NCBI GenBank assembly: GCA_050257635.1
Contig: JBLMXG010000117.1
Coordinates: forward strand, 1 to 56,444
Source of the DNA: Chloroflexota bacterium
GTDB taxonomy: Bacteria > Desulfobacterota > Binatia > UBA9968
Direction of reading: 5' to 3'
DNA length: 56,444 nt
Shown here: positions 26,243-35,738 of the stretch, one piece after another
Numbering within the stretch: position 1 is the first letter of the stretch
How the letters are laid out: every line of letters starts with the position of its first letter
Translations under genes and position numbers: made by a program
Notes under the pieces: generated by a model
Seen by the model: the letters and a program-made list of their open reading frames with translations, nothing else
Databases searched by the model: none
Told to the model about the DNA's origin: nothing

Positions 26243-27805
26243 ATGAAAAACCGGGAAATCGGTGCCGCGTGGGCTTATCACAACGGCACCAAGCATTCGT
26301 ATGAGAGCGTCCGAAGAAATGCGCATTATCTCGATTGGGAAAACCAGCCCTTGCCGTTCAAGATCTATCCCCAGCTGGAGCCGATCCCGCTGGTTCAACA
26401 TCTCTCGGCTTCGGGCGTGCCCGCGCTGACGGCGATATCGGCCCGGAGCGCGGACACCGGGCAGCCGATTATTCCCACGAGCCAGAGTCTTGCTGAGATA
26501 TTTTTCCTTGCCGCCGGCATCACCAGGCGGCGCAGTTATCCAGGCGGTGAAATCCTTTTTCGCGCCGCGGCCTGCACGGGTGCGCTTTACCACATCGATC
26601 TCTATCTCGTCTGTGGTGATCTTGCTGATCTGGAAGCGGGAGTCTACCAATTCAGCCCGCAAGATTTCGCGCTGCGCCGATTACGCGCCGGCGACTTTCG
26701 TTCATTTCTCGCCAGCGCGAGCGGCGAAGAGCCCGCGATCGTCAATGCGCCCTGCGCAATCCTCAGCGCGTCCACGTTCTGGCGCAATGCCTGGAAATAC
26801 CAGGCGCGCGCTTATCGCCACTGTTATTGGGACAACGGCACGTTACTCGCCAATCTTGTGGCCGCCGCGGCTGCTCGGAAGATCCCGGCGAAGTTAATCC
26901 TGGGTTTCGTCGATGCGGACGTGAATCGGCTTTTGGCCTTGGACACGGAGCGCGAGGCGTCGCTGTCCTTGGTGGCGCTGGGCCAAACATCGGCAAGGAG
27001 GATCGGTCAGTCTCCGGCGCTCGCGCCGCTGGTGTTGGAAACGACACCGCTGTCGAAAGCAGAAGTCGATTACCCGGCGCTGCGAGAAATGCACGAGGCG
27101 TCGTCTTTGGAAAGCGAACAGGAAGTCAAGGCTTGGCGCGAGAGAGCGGGAAAGGCGGAAGCCCGAAGGGTAAAGGATAAGGGAGGAGATGCGCGGGTAT
27201 TTCCATTTCAACTCATGGCTGACGAAGAGCTGCCCCAGGATACGGTTGAAGAGGTTATCGTCCGGCGCGGTTCGACGCGCGAATTTTCCCGCGAAGCGAT
27301 CACTGTGGCGCAGCTCTCGACGATGATCGACCGCGCCACGCGCGGCGTCGAGACAGATTTTCTGAGCCCGACGGAAGCTCCCCTGAACGACATTTATCTG
27401 ATTGTCCACGCGGTCGACGGCCTGCCCCCCGGCGCTTACTTTTACCGGTGCCGGGAGCGCGCCCTGGAATTATTAAAAGCGGGCGCCTTTCGCAGCGAGG
27501 CGGGCCAACTCGGTTTGGGGCAGGAGATCCCGGCGGATTCCAGCGTCAACATTTATTTTCTGGTGGATCTCCATCATGCTCTCGAGCGCTACGGCAATCG
27601 TGGTTACCGCGTCGCCCAACTCGAGGCCGCAATCATGGGCGGCAAACTTTACCTTGGAGCCTACGCCCATCGCCTCGGCGCTTCCGGGCTGACGTTCTTC
27701 GATGACGACGTCAGCGAGTTTTTCTCGCCGCATGCGGTCGGCAAAAGCGTGATGTTTTTGATTGCCCTGGGGAAATCGACGAAGCGGGGTCGCGCGAAAA
27801 CGTAA
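26243..27805 (+). CDS. SagB/ThcOx-family flavoprotein with tandem nitroreductase-like domains
   Basis: YHNGTKHS, WENQPLPFK.Y, RAAACTGALY, WKYQARAYRHCYWD.G, RRGSTR, GYRVAQLEA, GLTFFDD. Confidence 0.85.
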   Translation: MKNREIGAAWAYHNGTKHSYESVRRNAHYLDWENQPLPFKIYPQLEPIPLVQHLSASGVPALTAISARSADTGQPIIPTSQSLAEIFFLAAGITRRRSYPGGEILFRAAACTGALYHIDLYLVCGDLADLEAGVYQFSPQDFALRRLRAGDFRSFLASASGEEPAIVNAPCAILSASTFWRNAWKYQARAYRHCYWDNGTLLANLVAAAAARKIPAKLILGFVDADVNRLLALDTEREASLSLVALGQTSARRIGQSPALAPLVLETTPLSKAEVDYPALREMHEASSLESEQEVKAWRERAGKAEARRVKDKGGDARVFPFQLMADEELPQDTVEEVIVRRGSTREFSREAITVAQLSTMIDRATRGVETDFLSPTEAPLNDIYLIVHAVDGLPPGAYFYRCRERALELLKAGAFRSEAGQLGLGQEIPADSSVNIYFLVDLHHALERYGNRGYRVAQLEAAIMGGKLYLGAYAHRLGASGLTFFDDDVSEFFSPHAVGKSVMFLIALGKSTKRGRAKT

Positions 27806-27839
27806 CCAATCGGCCGCGGCCAACCGCAATCGATAGAAT

Positions 27840-28661
27840 TTATTCCATGACACCGATGCCGTGATGTTGCAGGACGCGGATCTCCAGCGACGCCGGCAGG
27901 CCGTCTTTGCTTACCGCCAGCGTGTCGCCTTTTAAAAACTGTGCTTTCATTCCCGCGGTAAATTGTCTCACCAGGTAGGAGCTGTCGCGGTAATGCATCG
28001 GGATCGCGATCTTTGGTTTGAGCTGCGCTAAGACTTCCCGCGCCAGGTCCGGCCCCATGGTGCGACCACCGCCGATGGGTGTGAGGGCGACGTCGATCTT
28101 GCCAAAGGCTTTGAGCTGTTGCTCGTTGAGCTTCTGGCTTAGGTCGCCGAGATGAGCGATGCACAGGGTGCCCAAGTCGAAGACGAAGGCCGAGCCCTGG
28201 ATCCCTTCGATGAATTCGGCATTTTGATGGATCGGCACGTTATAAATATACGTGTCCTTGAAACTCATGCTCACCGTGTTCCAACCGGCGCCGAAGTCTT
28301 TGAGCCCGCGCAGAATCACGGGATTGCCCCTGACGATCTGCACGGCGTTGTGATTGAACTGCTCTTTTCCCACCGTGACGATGTCGCCGACGATGTTTGG
28401 GGTCGGATACCAACCGGGTCCCAGAGGATCGGTTACAATCCGAGTCCCCTTGCTGGTGGTGATCAGAAAAAAATTGTGACCGAAATATTGAATCGTCGCA
28501 TCAACACTCGCGGCATGAGCGAGGGAGCCAACGCCACGGTGCGCGACATCCGGATCGCGGCAAGCGGCGTGAGCGGTCTCTGCACAGGTGAGCAGCGACC
28601 CGCAGAGAGCTGCCGCGCTAAATATCAAGCTTAGAGTTTTACTCTGACCGAAGCGCTTCAT
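27840..28661 (-). CDS. Secreted metallo-beta-lactamase-fold protein with degenerate metal motif
   Basis: Signal peptide; YFGHNFFLI, TDP, IAHLGDL, PIGG, IAIPMHY; the HxHxDH position reads KEQFNH. Confidence 0.75.
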   Translation of the reverse strand: MKRFGQSKTLSLIFSAAALCGSLLTCAETAHAACRDPDVAHRGVGSLAHAASVDATIQYFGHNFFLITTSKGTRIVTDPLGPGWYPTPNIVGDIVTVGKEQFNHNAVQIVRGNPVILRGLKDFGAGWNTVSMSFKDTYIYNVPIHQNAEFIEGIQGSAFVFDLGTLCIAHLGDLSQKLNEQQLKAFGKIDVALTPIGGGRTMGPDLAREVLAQLKPKIAIPMHYRDSSYLVRQFTAGMKAQFLKGDTLAVSKDGLPASLEIRVLQHHGIGVME

Positions 28662-29065
28662 GGCGCCAACGAGCTTTACTGCGAGCAAGGTATTTCTCAC
28701 AACACGGCGCGTCCATGAATATGAGGCTATTGGAATGAAACGAAAAAGACAATCGCTAACGTTGGTGCGCAAAGAATTTCCACCAACCGAAGGTTTCGCG
28801 CGAGCCGCGAATCCTGTCAGATCGAGCGGTCGCGGTTTTTCGAGTTATTGCCGATTGAGTTTCTGATGGGCTCTGGTTCTTCCCGTTTTCTCCGTAGGCC
28901 CAGGAAAAGCCCGGCCTGGCTCAAGCCGCCGGTCCGATGTGAGCAATTGCCCGTCATTGCCCGGATTATCCTTCGGAGCTGGAGATGGATAGAAGGTTTT
29001 GATATCCGAAGGACAGTGAAAGGAGGCGGTTTGCAGAGCTGATTCAAAAGAAGGCGCCGCGAAGA

Positions 29066-30184
29066 TCAAGATTTCTTTATTATCTTTCCGTAAATTTGTC
29101 TGGCGTCGGCGAGGTTCTGATAAACTACTTCGCCTTTTTGAGTCGCCTCGTTTTTGCGAACAGCTTTCACAACCGACCAGAGCGCAATTGGCAGCAACAT
29201 CAGCAACAGGAAGAGGAGCGAGAGCCAGATCCCGAGTTGAAAAATTCCTCCTCGAATCGAGGAGCTGCCGTCCGAACCGGCGTTACTGGTATTTCCATTT
29301 GTCGGTTCAGCTCGAAGAGAGACGCTGCCGCCTGCGCTACTGTCCGAGCGGACACCGGCGGATACGTTGCCGGAATGATCCATCGATCCGCGATTCGAAC
29401 CGCCGTTTGGGACCCCATCTGAGCTTCCACCCGACCCATCAGCAGATCCTCCAGCGGAGCCGTTGCCACCTCCCGTCCCGCCACTGGATCCAGCGCCTGA
29501 CCCGCTGCCGCTACCACTACCACCTGAGCGGCCGCCGGTGCCGCCAGCGGAACCACCGCTTGAACTGCCGACAAAACCACCACCCGAACCGCCGCCTGAA
29601 GAACTACCGACTGAAGCGTTAGGCGAATTACCGCTGCTACCGCCACCTGAGCCCCCTCCCGCCCCGCCATTGGACCCAACGCCGGAGCTGCTGCTACCGC
29701 TACCAGCGGTGCCGCCGCCAGAGCCGCCACTGGAACCACCGCTCGAGCCACCGACAAAACCACCACCCGAACCGCCGCCGGACCCCCCAGTGGACCCGCC
29801 AAAGGAACCCCCGCCACTGCTTCCGCCCGACCCACCTGCCGAGCCGCCAGTCGAGCCACCTGAGCCGCCACCAGTGCCGCCGCCACCGCCGCTATTTCCC
29901 CCTGTGCCACCGCCCGAACCGCCACCTGTGCTGCCAGCGGAGCCAGTTCCTATACCCGAGCCACCGGAGTCCTGACCTGATCCTGAGCCAGACCCACCGC
30001 TCGTCGTTGAAATGGAGTTGCCGATGTCGTTCCAAGCGGTTTGTAAAGCTAGCCGGAAATTTGTATCGCGGATGCCTAACCAAAACACGAGAGCGACTAA
30101 AAGCACGAGAATCGAGTATTCAACTAACCCCTGGCCTCTCTGGTTCAAAGCGACTTGATTACTTGTGCGAGCAAGGATGTGCAT
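29066..30184 (-). CDS. Flp/type IVc pilin-like protein fused to a Gly/Ser-rich linker and a C-terminal transmembrane anchor
   Basis: NQRG|QGLVEY prepilin motif with E+5/Y+6, hydrophobic helix, about 250 aa GS-rich tract, TM IFQLGIWLSLLFLLLMLLPIALWSVV then basic tail; start 30184 (or 30196). Confidence 0.75.
   Translation of the reverse strand: MHILARTSNQVALNQRGQGLVEYSILVLLVALVFWLGIRDTNFRLALQTAWNDIGNSISTTSGGSGSGSGQDSGGSGIGTGSAGSTGGGSGGGTGGNSGGGGGTGGGSGGSTGGSAGGSGGSSGGGSFGGSTGGSGGGSGGGFVGGSSGGSSGGSGGGTAGSGSSSSGVGSNGGAGGGSGGGSSGNSPNASVGSSSGGGSGGGFVGSSSGGSAGGTGGRSGGSGSGSGSGAGSSGGTGGGNGSAGGSADGSGGSSDGVPNGGSNRGSMDHSGNVSAGVRSDSSAGGSVSLRAEPTNGNTSNAGSDGSSSIRGGIFQLGIWLSLLFLLLMLLPIALWSVVKAVRKNEATQKGEVVYQNLADARQIYGKIIKKS
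29568..29779. repeat. Identical 29-bp direct repeat within the Gly/Ser tract
   Basis: CCGACAAAACCACCACCCGAACCGCCGCC at 29568-29596 and 29751-29779, 183 bp (61 codons) apart. Confidence 0.9.
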
Positions 30185-30212
30185 AGAAGTGTCCATTCGG
30201 CACCGATGAGTG

Positions 30213-30228
30213 AGCAACTTACAGGCCA
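30213..30228 (-). promoter_or_regulatory. Putative sigma-54 (-24/-12) promoter for the pilin-fusion gene
   Basis: Minus strand TGGCCTGTAAGTTGCT, GG-N10-GC spacing, about 30 nt upstream of ATG 30184. Confidence 0.65.
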
Positions 30229-30644
30229 AATCACATGTTCCCCCGTGGGATAAAATGGGCATTTCTTTCGCGGGATAAAAGGAATATCTGCGGAAAGAAG
30301 ACCTGATCCATGTGGTTCCGGGCGTTGGCGCCACAATCTCCCGGTTGACATATAGTGACAACGATGACACAGGCAAAATTCTTGGCGCGAATGCTCTATG
30401 ATTCCTTTTTTCGATCTGTGTTTGGCACAGCTCCCACCAACGTGCGCGATTGAGGCTGCACTCTCAAAAGTTTATCCGGTAATTCTTTTGCCGCCAGCTT
30501 CAGGGTGCTCCGCAAAATGGCTGGTAGCCAATCAACCGCGAAACAGCCCTACTACGCGATTTTTGACCCCTTAGGAAGAGTTATGCTGGGTGAGCACACG
30601 ACGTCACCGTCGACGGCTTGAGCGGCATGGAGCTGAGATAGCGC

Positions 30645-31034
30645 TTAAATTCCGCCGATGCCTGCTGCGAGCGAATCGGTAATGTCTGAGTCGTCGGTGA
30701 AAAGGCGCTCGGTGCCGCCCAAGAACGGACGCGAGCAGCCCGAGTTGCAATAGCCGGAAACCGCGGTCCTTATCTGTTGAGCGCGAATCATATCGCCGAT
30801 GGCGGAGGCGATGCGCGCATTCTCGCCCGGTGAGTCTGGCGGAGTTACTGTTCGGATGGTTGAATGCTCCGCCAGCGTATTCTGCACTTTCACTTCAAAA
30901 CCAACTTCAATCGGACCGTTTATAAGCAACTGCTCCCGTACGGGTTTTAAACGGATGGCCCAGGACCAGGACGACAAAGCGCATACGCTCACCCAGGTAA
31001 AAATAGACGTCAAGATATAAAACCAACGGATCAT
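30645..31034 (-). pseudogene. Short or degenerate ClpP/crotonase-like periplasmic protein (COG3904-like)
   Basis: DSPGE...AIGDMIR...T.VSGYCNSGCSRPFLGG.ER resembles NSPGG...CASAC..F.GG..R but is degenerate and ends early. Confidence 0.45.
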
Positions 31035-31167
31035 TTGATATCTGTAAATCCCAATTGATTGGACTCCGAGCCCATCTCCATGGAACGGCGGCTACTATTC
31101 GAGAAATTCCTTCGGAGAATTAAATGAGACAACATGGATAAATTGTTTTGCGTGGTCTGTTAACTGC

Positions 31168-31287
31168 TCACGCTGGAACCGAATCGTCATGCGTCTGCAA
31201 AAAGGTTTTCCACGCCGAGCGCGATGGCGCGGCGTTGAGCGCCATCAACACCGTGTCGAAATCGTGACGGCGCAGTGCTTCGGCCAT
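31168..31287 (-). pseudogene. Aldo/keto reductase-like fragment
   Basis: 39-codon ORF MAEALRRHDFDTVLMALNAA... resembles an internal AKR segment; no full-length gene. Confidence 0.35.
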
Positions 31288-31439
31288 GGCGGCTCCTTTC
31301 TAACTAAACGCAGCGATTTGTCACAGGGTTCATAATCCAAAACATGGGCGCATCGTCGATTTTTCTTTGCTCTGATTCGCTGGCTTTATAATCTGTCTCT
31401 GCAAAGGAGACATATCGACTTGTTCGGATCGAATTGCAA

Positions 31440-32486
31440 TTACGCCGCGCCGCCTCCACCGCGCCGCAGTGCTACGTCGGTGATCCAGGCGAGTATGAGC
31501 ATTGCCGCGATCAGGCTCACGAGAAATAGCATGAGGCTTCCCCATTCGCCGCGCACGGGAATTTTGGACGGATCGAACCATTTGAGAAGTTCGGTAAATT
31601 GGACCCACTGGCGGGCGATAGCGTTGGCAGCGAGCACGACGAGCTGTATGACCACGAGCGCGACGCCCTTGGCGCGGGTAGGATTGCGCCAGTAAGCCAA
31701 GGCGAGAAGCGCACCGGCAATCATGGCGCTGCCGGTGGCACCGAGCCACAGGTCCGGTAGTTTTTGCATGACCGAGGCGGCATACATGGCGCCGGCCGCA
31801 CCATAAATGAGCGTGCCGAGAAGATAGAGCAGCAACAAGCTGCGCGCGGCGTTTTTATAAAGCGCTTGTGTGCTGAAGCATTCGGCGTCGAGGACGAGGT
31901 ATGCGGCCAGCGTGCCGAAGGCCATGCCGACAACCATGGAAAAACGCAGGAACACTTCGAGATCGAGATGGAGATGAAGCCCGTAGGTCGCGCCGCCTCG
32001 ATTGGAGCCCAGAAAAATACTCGTCCAATCCTGGGGATTGGCCGTGAGTGTCATGGCGGAAGAGAACATGAGTCCGATCAGAAATAATAGAATCGTTGCA
32101 GTGAGCGCACCGGCGATGCGGAACTTGCCGAAGCTCGCCAGGTAAACGGCGTAGTACGCGACGAGTAATAACGGGATGATGAAGAACCAGAACCAGGCTT
32201 GGAGAATTGTTGCCGGATAGAAAAACTGCGGATAGATCGTCTGCAAAAATAAAAGCGGCACAATGCCGGCGTTGATTCCGAAGGCGAGGAAAAAGGGCAG
32301 GGCGTGAAAGAGCCGTTCGGCCACCGCGGGTTTGGAGCGCAGCAGATACAGGGCGGTGGGCAGGCCGGCCACCCAGAGATTCATGAAGATCAGGTGCAGG
32401 AAAAATCCGAAGACCTTGAGCGCGAGCAAGATCCACAGAGGCACCGGCAGTCCCAACGGATCAGGTGGGGGAATCAGCGGTATCAT
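31440..32486 (-). CDS. Multi-pass membrane protein, divergent CydA-like partner subunit
   Basis: FFLHLIFMN (helix-1 His), GINAGIVPLLFLQ, about 9 TMs; 4-bp overlap with upstream cydA-like gene. Confidence 0.65.
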   Translation of the reverse strand: MIPLIPPPDPLGLPVPLWILLALKVFGFFLHLIFMNLWVAGLPTALYLLRSKPAVAERLFHALPFFLAFGINAGIVPLLFLQTIYPQFFYPATILQAWFWFFIIPLLLVAYYAVYLASFGKFRIAGALTATILLFLIGLMFSSAMTLTANPQDWTSIFLGSNRGGATYGLHLHLDLEVFLRFSMVVGMAFGTLAAYLVLDAECFSTQALYKNAARSLLLLYLLGTLIYGAAGAMYAASVMQKLPDLWLGATGSAMIAGALLALAYWRNPTRAKGVALVVIQLVVLAANAIARQWVQFTELLKWFDPSKIPVRGEWGSLMLFLVSLIAAMLILAWITDVALRRGGGGAA

Positions 32487-33808
32487 TGCGCGTGCGCCTC
32501 ATGGTTGAGCTCCACCAGATAGGCCGAGAGCGCAGCGCGCTCGGCGTCGTTCCCAAGCCAGGGCGGCATGGCGGGATTGGTGCGATGGAGGTGGCGAACC
32601 GCATCGTCGATCAATTCCGGCGTCCATGGATAAATTATCGGCGTGATGCCGTTATAGCCGTAAAAGGCATGGCAGGAGCCGCAGTGATACTGGAAAATCC
32701 CTGCGCCGCTGGCGACCAAACTGGTAGGTTCGATCGCCGTGCCGTCAGTTTTCTTGGCCTCGTGTTCAAGATGAGATTTTAGCCAGCGGCTGTGGGCGAT
32801 GAAGCCATCGCGCTGTAGCGTTGTGATTCGTTCGACTAAAACCCCGGGAGCGATCAAATAGTTTTCGATTCGATAAGGTTTGCGCGCGCCTTCGCGGACG
32901 AATTCACCGGTCGTGGTGGCAACCGCGCCGGCGAGGAGGAGCAGCAGGGCGCTCGGCGGCGTGATCCAGCGCGCGCCGGAGATCATGCCCCAGGCCAGCG
33001 CAGCGATCACCACGAGGGAGACGGAAAAATTGAGCGCGGTCATCAGCAGGAGAATCGGCGCGCGCATCATGTTGAGCCTGGCGTTTGCGGGCGTGACAAT
33101 CATGTACCACACGGCGCCCAGGGCGATGAGCGCCATTCCGGCGAGCGCCCACTGGGACACGGCGCGAATGACATGGTCTTTTACTCTTGTGCGGTCCGAC
33201 TGAAACGAGGCGTGAAAGGCGAAGCCAAGAGCAGCGATGACGATGGAGCCGCCGGTGCGCAGCAGCGTTTGCGGCAAGAACGATGGATTGAAAAACGCCG
33301 CGAAGAAATTCTGCTCTTTGGTCCAGCCACCCGCGGTGAGCATGAACGCGGTGATGCCGGTGATCAGCACCAGGCTGACCCAAGCCGCGCCGGCGTAAAT
33401 CCAACCCAGGATAACATGCTCGCGCGGCGTTGCCCGGTCCCAGAGATAGTAAAAGGCGAAGGCCGCGGCGATTTCGACGACAAAGGCGGTCCATTCCGTC
33501 GCCCAGCCAAAGACAAAAATGTGAATCAGCGCGCTGGTCGTCTCCGGACTGGCGAGACCGATGGTCCACCAAATGCCGATGCCGGTGACGGCGCCGAAGA
33601 CGACGGTGATAAGGATGAAGAAGCGCGCCAGTCCGCGGAGATAGGCGAGGGTTTCGGCGTTGCGATCGCGGTGGGCGCGGCGGACCAGATCGGCGAGCAG
33701 GATGCCGGCGCCGACGGCGAATTGGGCGACGATGACATGGGGCACCGCGATCAGCGGAATCAGCATCGGCGCAGTCAAGAATGGAACGTACCAGAAGGGG
33801 AATTCCAT
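32483..33808 (-). CDS. Cytochrome bd oxidase subunit I-like protein fused to a C-terminal c-type cytochrome
   Basis: PHVIVAQFAVG, GAVTG, EWTAFVVE, FFNPS, EFVREGARKPY; C-terminal CGSCH and PAMPP. Confidence 0.82.
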   Translation of the reverse strand: MEFPFWYVPFLTAPMLIPLIAVPHVIVAQFAVGAGILLADLVRRAHRDRNAETLAYLRGLARFFILITVVFGAVTGIGIWWTIGLASPETTSALIHIFVFGWATEWTAFVVEIAAAFAFYYLWDRATPREHVILGWIYAGAAWVSLVLITGITAFMLTAGGWTKEQNFFAAFFNPSFLPQTLLRTGGSIVIAALGFAFHASFQSDRTRVKDHVIRAVSQWALAGMALIALGAVWYMIVTPANARLNMMRAPILLLMTALNFSVSLVVIAALAWGMISGARWITPPSALLLLLAGAVATTTGEFVREGARKPYRIENYLIAPGVLVERITTLQRDGFIAHSRWLKSHLEHEAKKTDGTAIEPTSLVASGAGIFQYHCGSCHAFYGYNGITPIIYPWTPELIDDAVRHLHRTNPAMPPWLGNDAERAALSAYLVELNHEAHAQ

Positions 33809-33999
33809 AACGCTCCCGGGATCAAACTAGTCAATTGCATGGCGAATGACAACGCGAGGCGCCGTGGAACTTTTGCTGAGCGGGCGCGGATGGCGCCGGC
33901 GCGAAATTGACGCACCGCTCGCTGACAGACCCCTTGAGCCAACCGCCGGTATTCTGTATTTAAAAGGCTTACATGATAACCAGTCCAAGCGAGGGACCC

Positions 34000-35712
34000 A
34001 TGGCAATTTCAAGCGGCAGCGAAGGCAATGCGACCGGCCCGGTGATCTCCGGCGGTCACCTGGTCGCCAAGGCGCTCAAAAACGAAGGCGTCGACGTGAT
34101 CTGGACGCTTTGCGGCGGCCATATCGTCGATATCTATGACGGCTGCATCGACGAAGGGATCAAGATTATCGACGTGCGCCATGAGCAGGTCGCGGCGCAC
34201 GCCGCCGACGGCTACTCGCGCCAGAGCGGCAAGATCGGCTGCGTGGTGACGACCGCGGGGCCGGGCACGACCAACGCGATGACCGGCATCGCCAACGCCT
34301 TTCGCGCCGAGAGCCCGCTGCTCATGATCGGCGGACAGGGCGCATTGTCGCAGCACAAGATGGGCTCGCTGCAGGACTTGCCCCACGTCGACATCATGTC
34401 GCCGATCACCAAATTCGCCGCTACTGTGCCGCACACCGAGCGCATCGCCGACATGGTCTCGATGGCGTTTCGCGAATCCGTCAACGGCGCGCCCGGGCCG
34501 GCATACTTGGAAATTCCGCGCGACGTGCTCGACGCCAAAGTGCCGTTGGAACGGGCGCGCGTCCCCAAACCCGGCGCCTACCGCGCGTCGACCAAATCGG
34601 TCGGCGATCCCGCCGAAATTGAAAAGCTCGCCGACGTTCTCGTCAACGCCCAAAAACCTGCGGCGCTGTTCGGTACGCAGGTGTGGACATGCCGCGGTCA
34701 TGACGCGGCGGTGGAGTTCTGCCGCGCGCTCAACATCCCCGGTTACATGAACGGCTCGGGGCGCGGCATCTTTGCGCCCGGCGATCCGCACGGCTTCAAC
34801 CGCACGCGCAGCTACGCCTTCGACAAGGCCGACGTGATTCTGATCGTCGGCTGTCCGTTCGATTTTCGCCTCGGTTACGGCCGGCGATTGCGCTCCGATG
34901 CGACCGTGGTGCAGATCGATCTGGATTATCGCAATGTCGGCAAGAACCGCGACATCTCACTCGGCTTGGTGGGCGACTGCGGCGCGATTCTCCAGGCCGT
35001 CGCGCAGGCCGCCACCGGGCGTGCGTCGAAGGGCAACGCGGCGCGTGCCGAGTGGATGAAGGAGCTACGCGCCGCAGAAGCGAAAGCGTACGAAAAACTC
35101 TTGCCGTCGTTCAAATCGGAATCGACGCCAATCAATCCATACCGTGTCGCTTACGAGATCAATGAGTTCTTGACTGACAACACGGTTTACATCGGCGATG
35201 GCGGCGACGTGGTGACGATCACCGCGACGGCGGTGGAGCCGCGCAAAGCCGGCAATTGGATGGACCCCGGGCCGCTCGGCACGCTCGGTGTCGGCACAGC
35301 GTTCGCGATGGCGACCAAGTTCGTTCATCCACAAAAAGAAGTGTTGTGCTATTACGGCGACGGCTCCTTCGGCATGACATCCTGGGATATGGAAACCGCC
35401 CAGCGCTTCAAGCTGCCGTATCTGGCGGTGATCGGTAACAACTCGGCGATGAACCAGATCCGCTGCGGCCAGATCGGCAAATACGGTCCGGAGCGCGGTT
35501 CGGTGGGCAATAAGCTGGGCGATGTCGACTTTGAAAAATTCGCCGAATGCTTTGGCGGATGGGGCATCGCGGTGCGCGAGCCGGGCCAGATTCGCCCGGC
35601 TTTGGAAAAAGCGCGCGAGCGCGTCGCCGGCGGCCAGTGTGTGATCGTCAACATCTGGGTCGACATCAATGAATACGCGCCCGGTACCAAGGCGCAGACG
35701 ATGTATAAGTAG
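34000..35712 (+). CDS. ThDP-dependent enzyme, probable oxalyl-CoA decarboxylase / 2-hydroxyacyl-CoA lyase family
   Basis: VRHEQ..AHAADG, TAGPG, DPGPLGTLGVG, GDGSFG...NNS; directly upstream of frc. Confidence 0.8.
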   Translation: MAISSGSEGNATGPVISGGHLVAKALKNEGVDVIWTLCGGHIVDIYDGCIDEGIKIIDVRHEQVAAHAADGYSRQSGKIGCVVTTAGPGTTNAMTGIANAFRAESPLLMIGGQGALSQHKMGSLQDLPHVDIMSPITKFAATVPHTERIADMVSMAFRESVNGAPGPAYLEIPRDVLDAKVPLERARVPKPGAYRASTKSVGDPAEIEKLADVLVNAQKPAALFGTQVWTCRGHDAAVEFCRALNIPGYMNGSGRGIFAPGDPHGFNRTRSYAFDKADVILIVGCPFDFRLGYGRRLRSDATVVQIDLDYRNVGKNRDISLGLVGDCGAILQAVAQAATGRASKGNAARAEWMKELRAAEAKAYEKLLPSFKSESTPINPYRVAYEINEFLTDNTVYIGDGGDVVTITATAVEPRKAGNWMDPGPLGTLGVGTAFAMATKFVHPQKEVLCYYGDGSFGMTSWDMETAQRFKLPYLAVIGNNSAMNQIRCGQIGKYGPERGSVGNKLGDVDFEKFAECFGGWGIAVREPGQIRPALEKARERVAGGQCVIVNIWVDINEYAPGTKAQTMYK

Positions 35713-35738
35713 GAATTCGCCCCAAAATTTGCCGAAAA

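Noticed and set aside
28968-29013. TCCTTCGGA/TCCGAAGGA inverted repeat downstream of the pilin fusion
   Set aside because: Single 9-bp stem with a long loop and no U tract; insufficient for a call
29463-29975. Proline-rich ORF on the + strand (PPEPPP repeats)
   Set aside because: Antisense shadow of the Gly/Ser codons; the minus frame carries the pilin motif, TM and promoter
26243-30184. SagB-type dehydrogenase plus Gly/Ser-rich protein as a microcin B17-like azole RiPP cluster
   Set aside because: No YcaO cyclodehydratase, E1-like partner, protease or exporter is in the window; the genes are on opposite strands; the GS protein has pilin and TM features rather than a leader peptide
30185-30376. 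N-terminal extension of the 436-aa ORF call
   Set aside because: It overlaps the sigma-54 motif and would make an implausibly long prepilin leader; start moved to 30184
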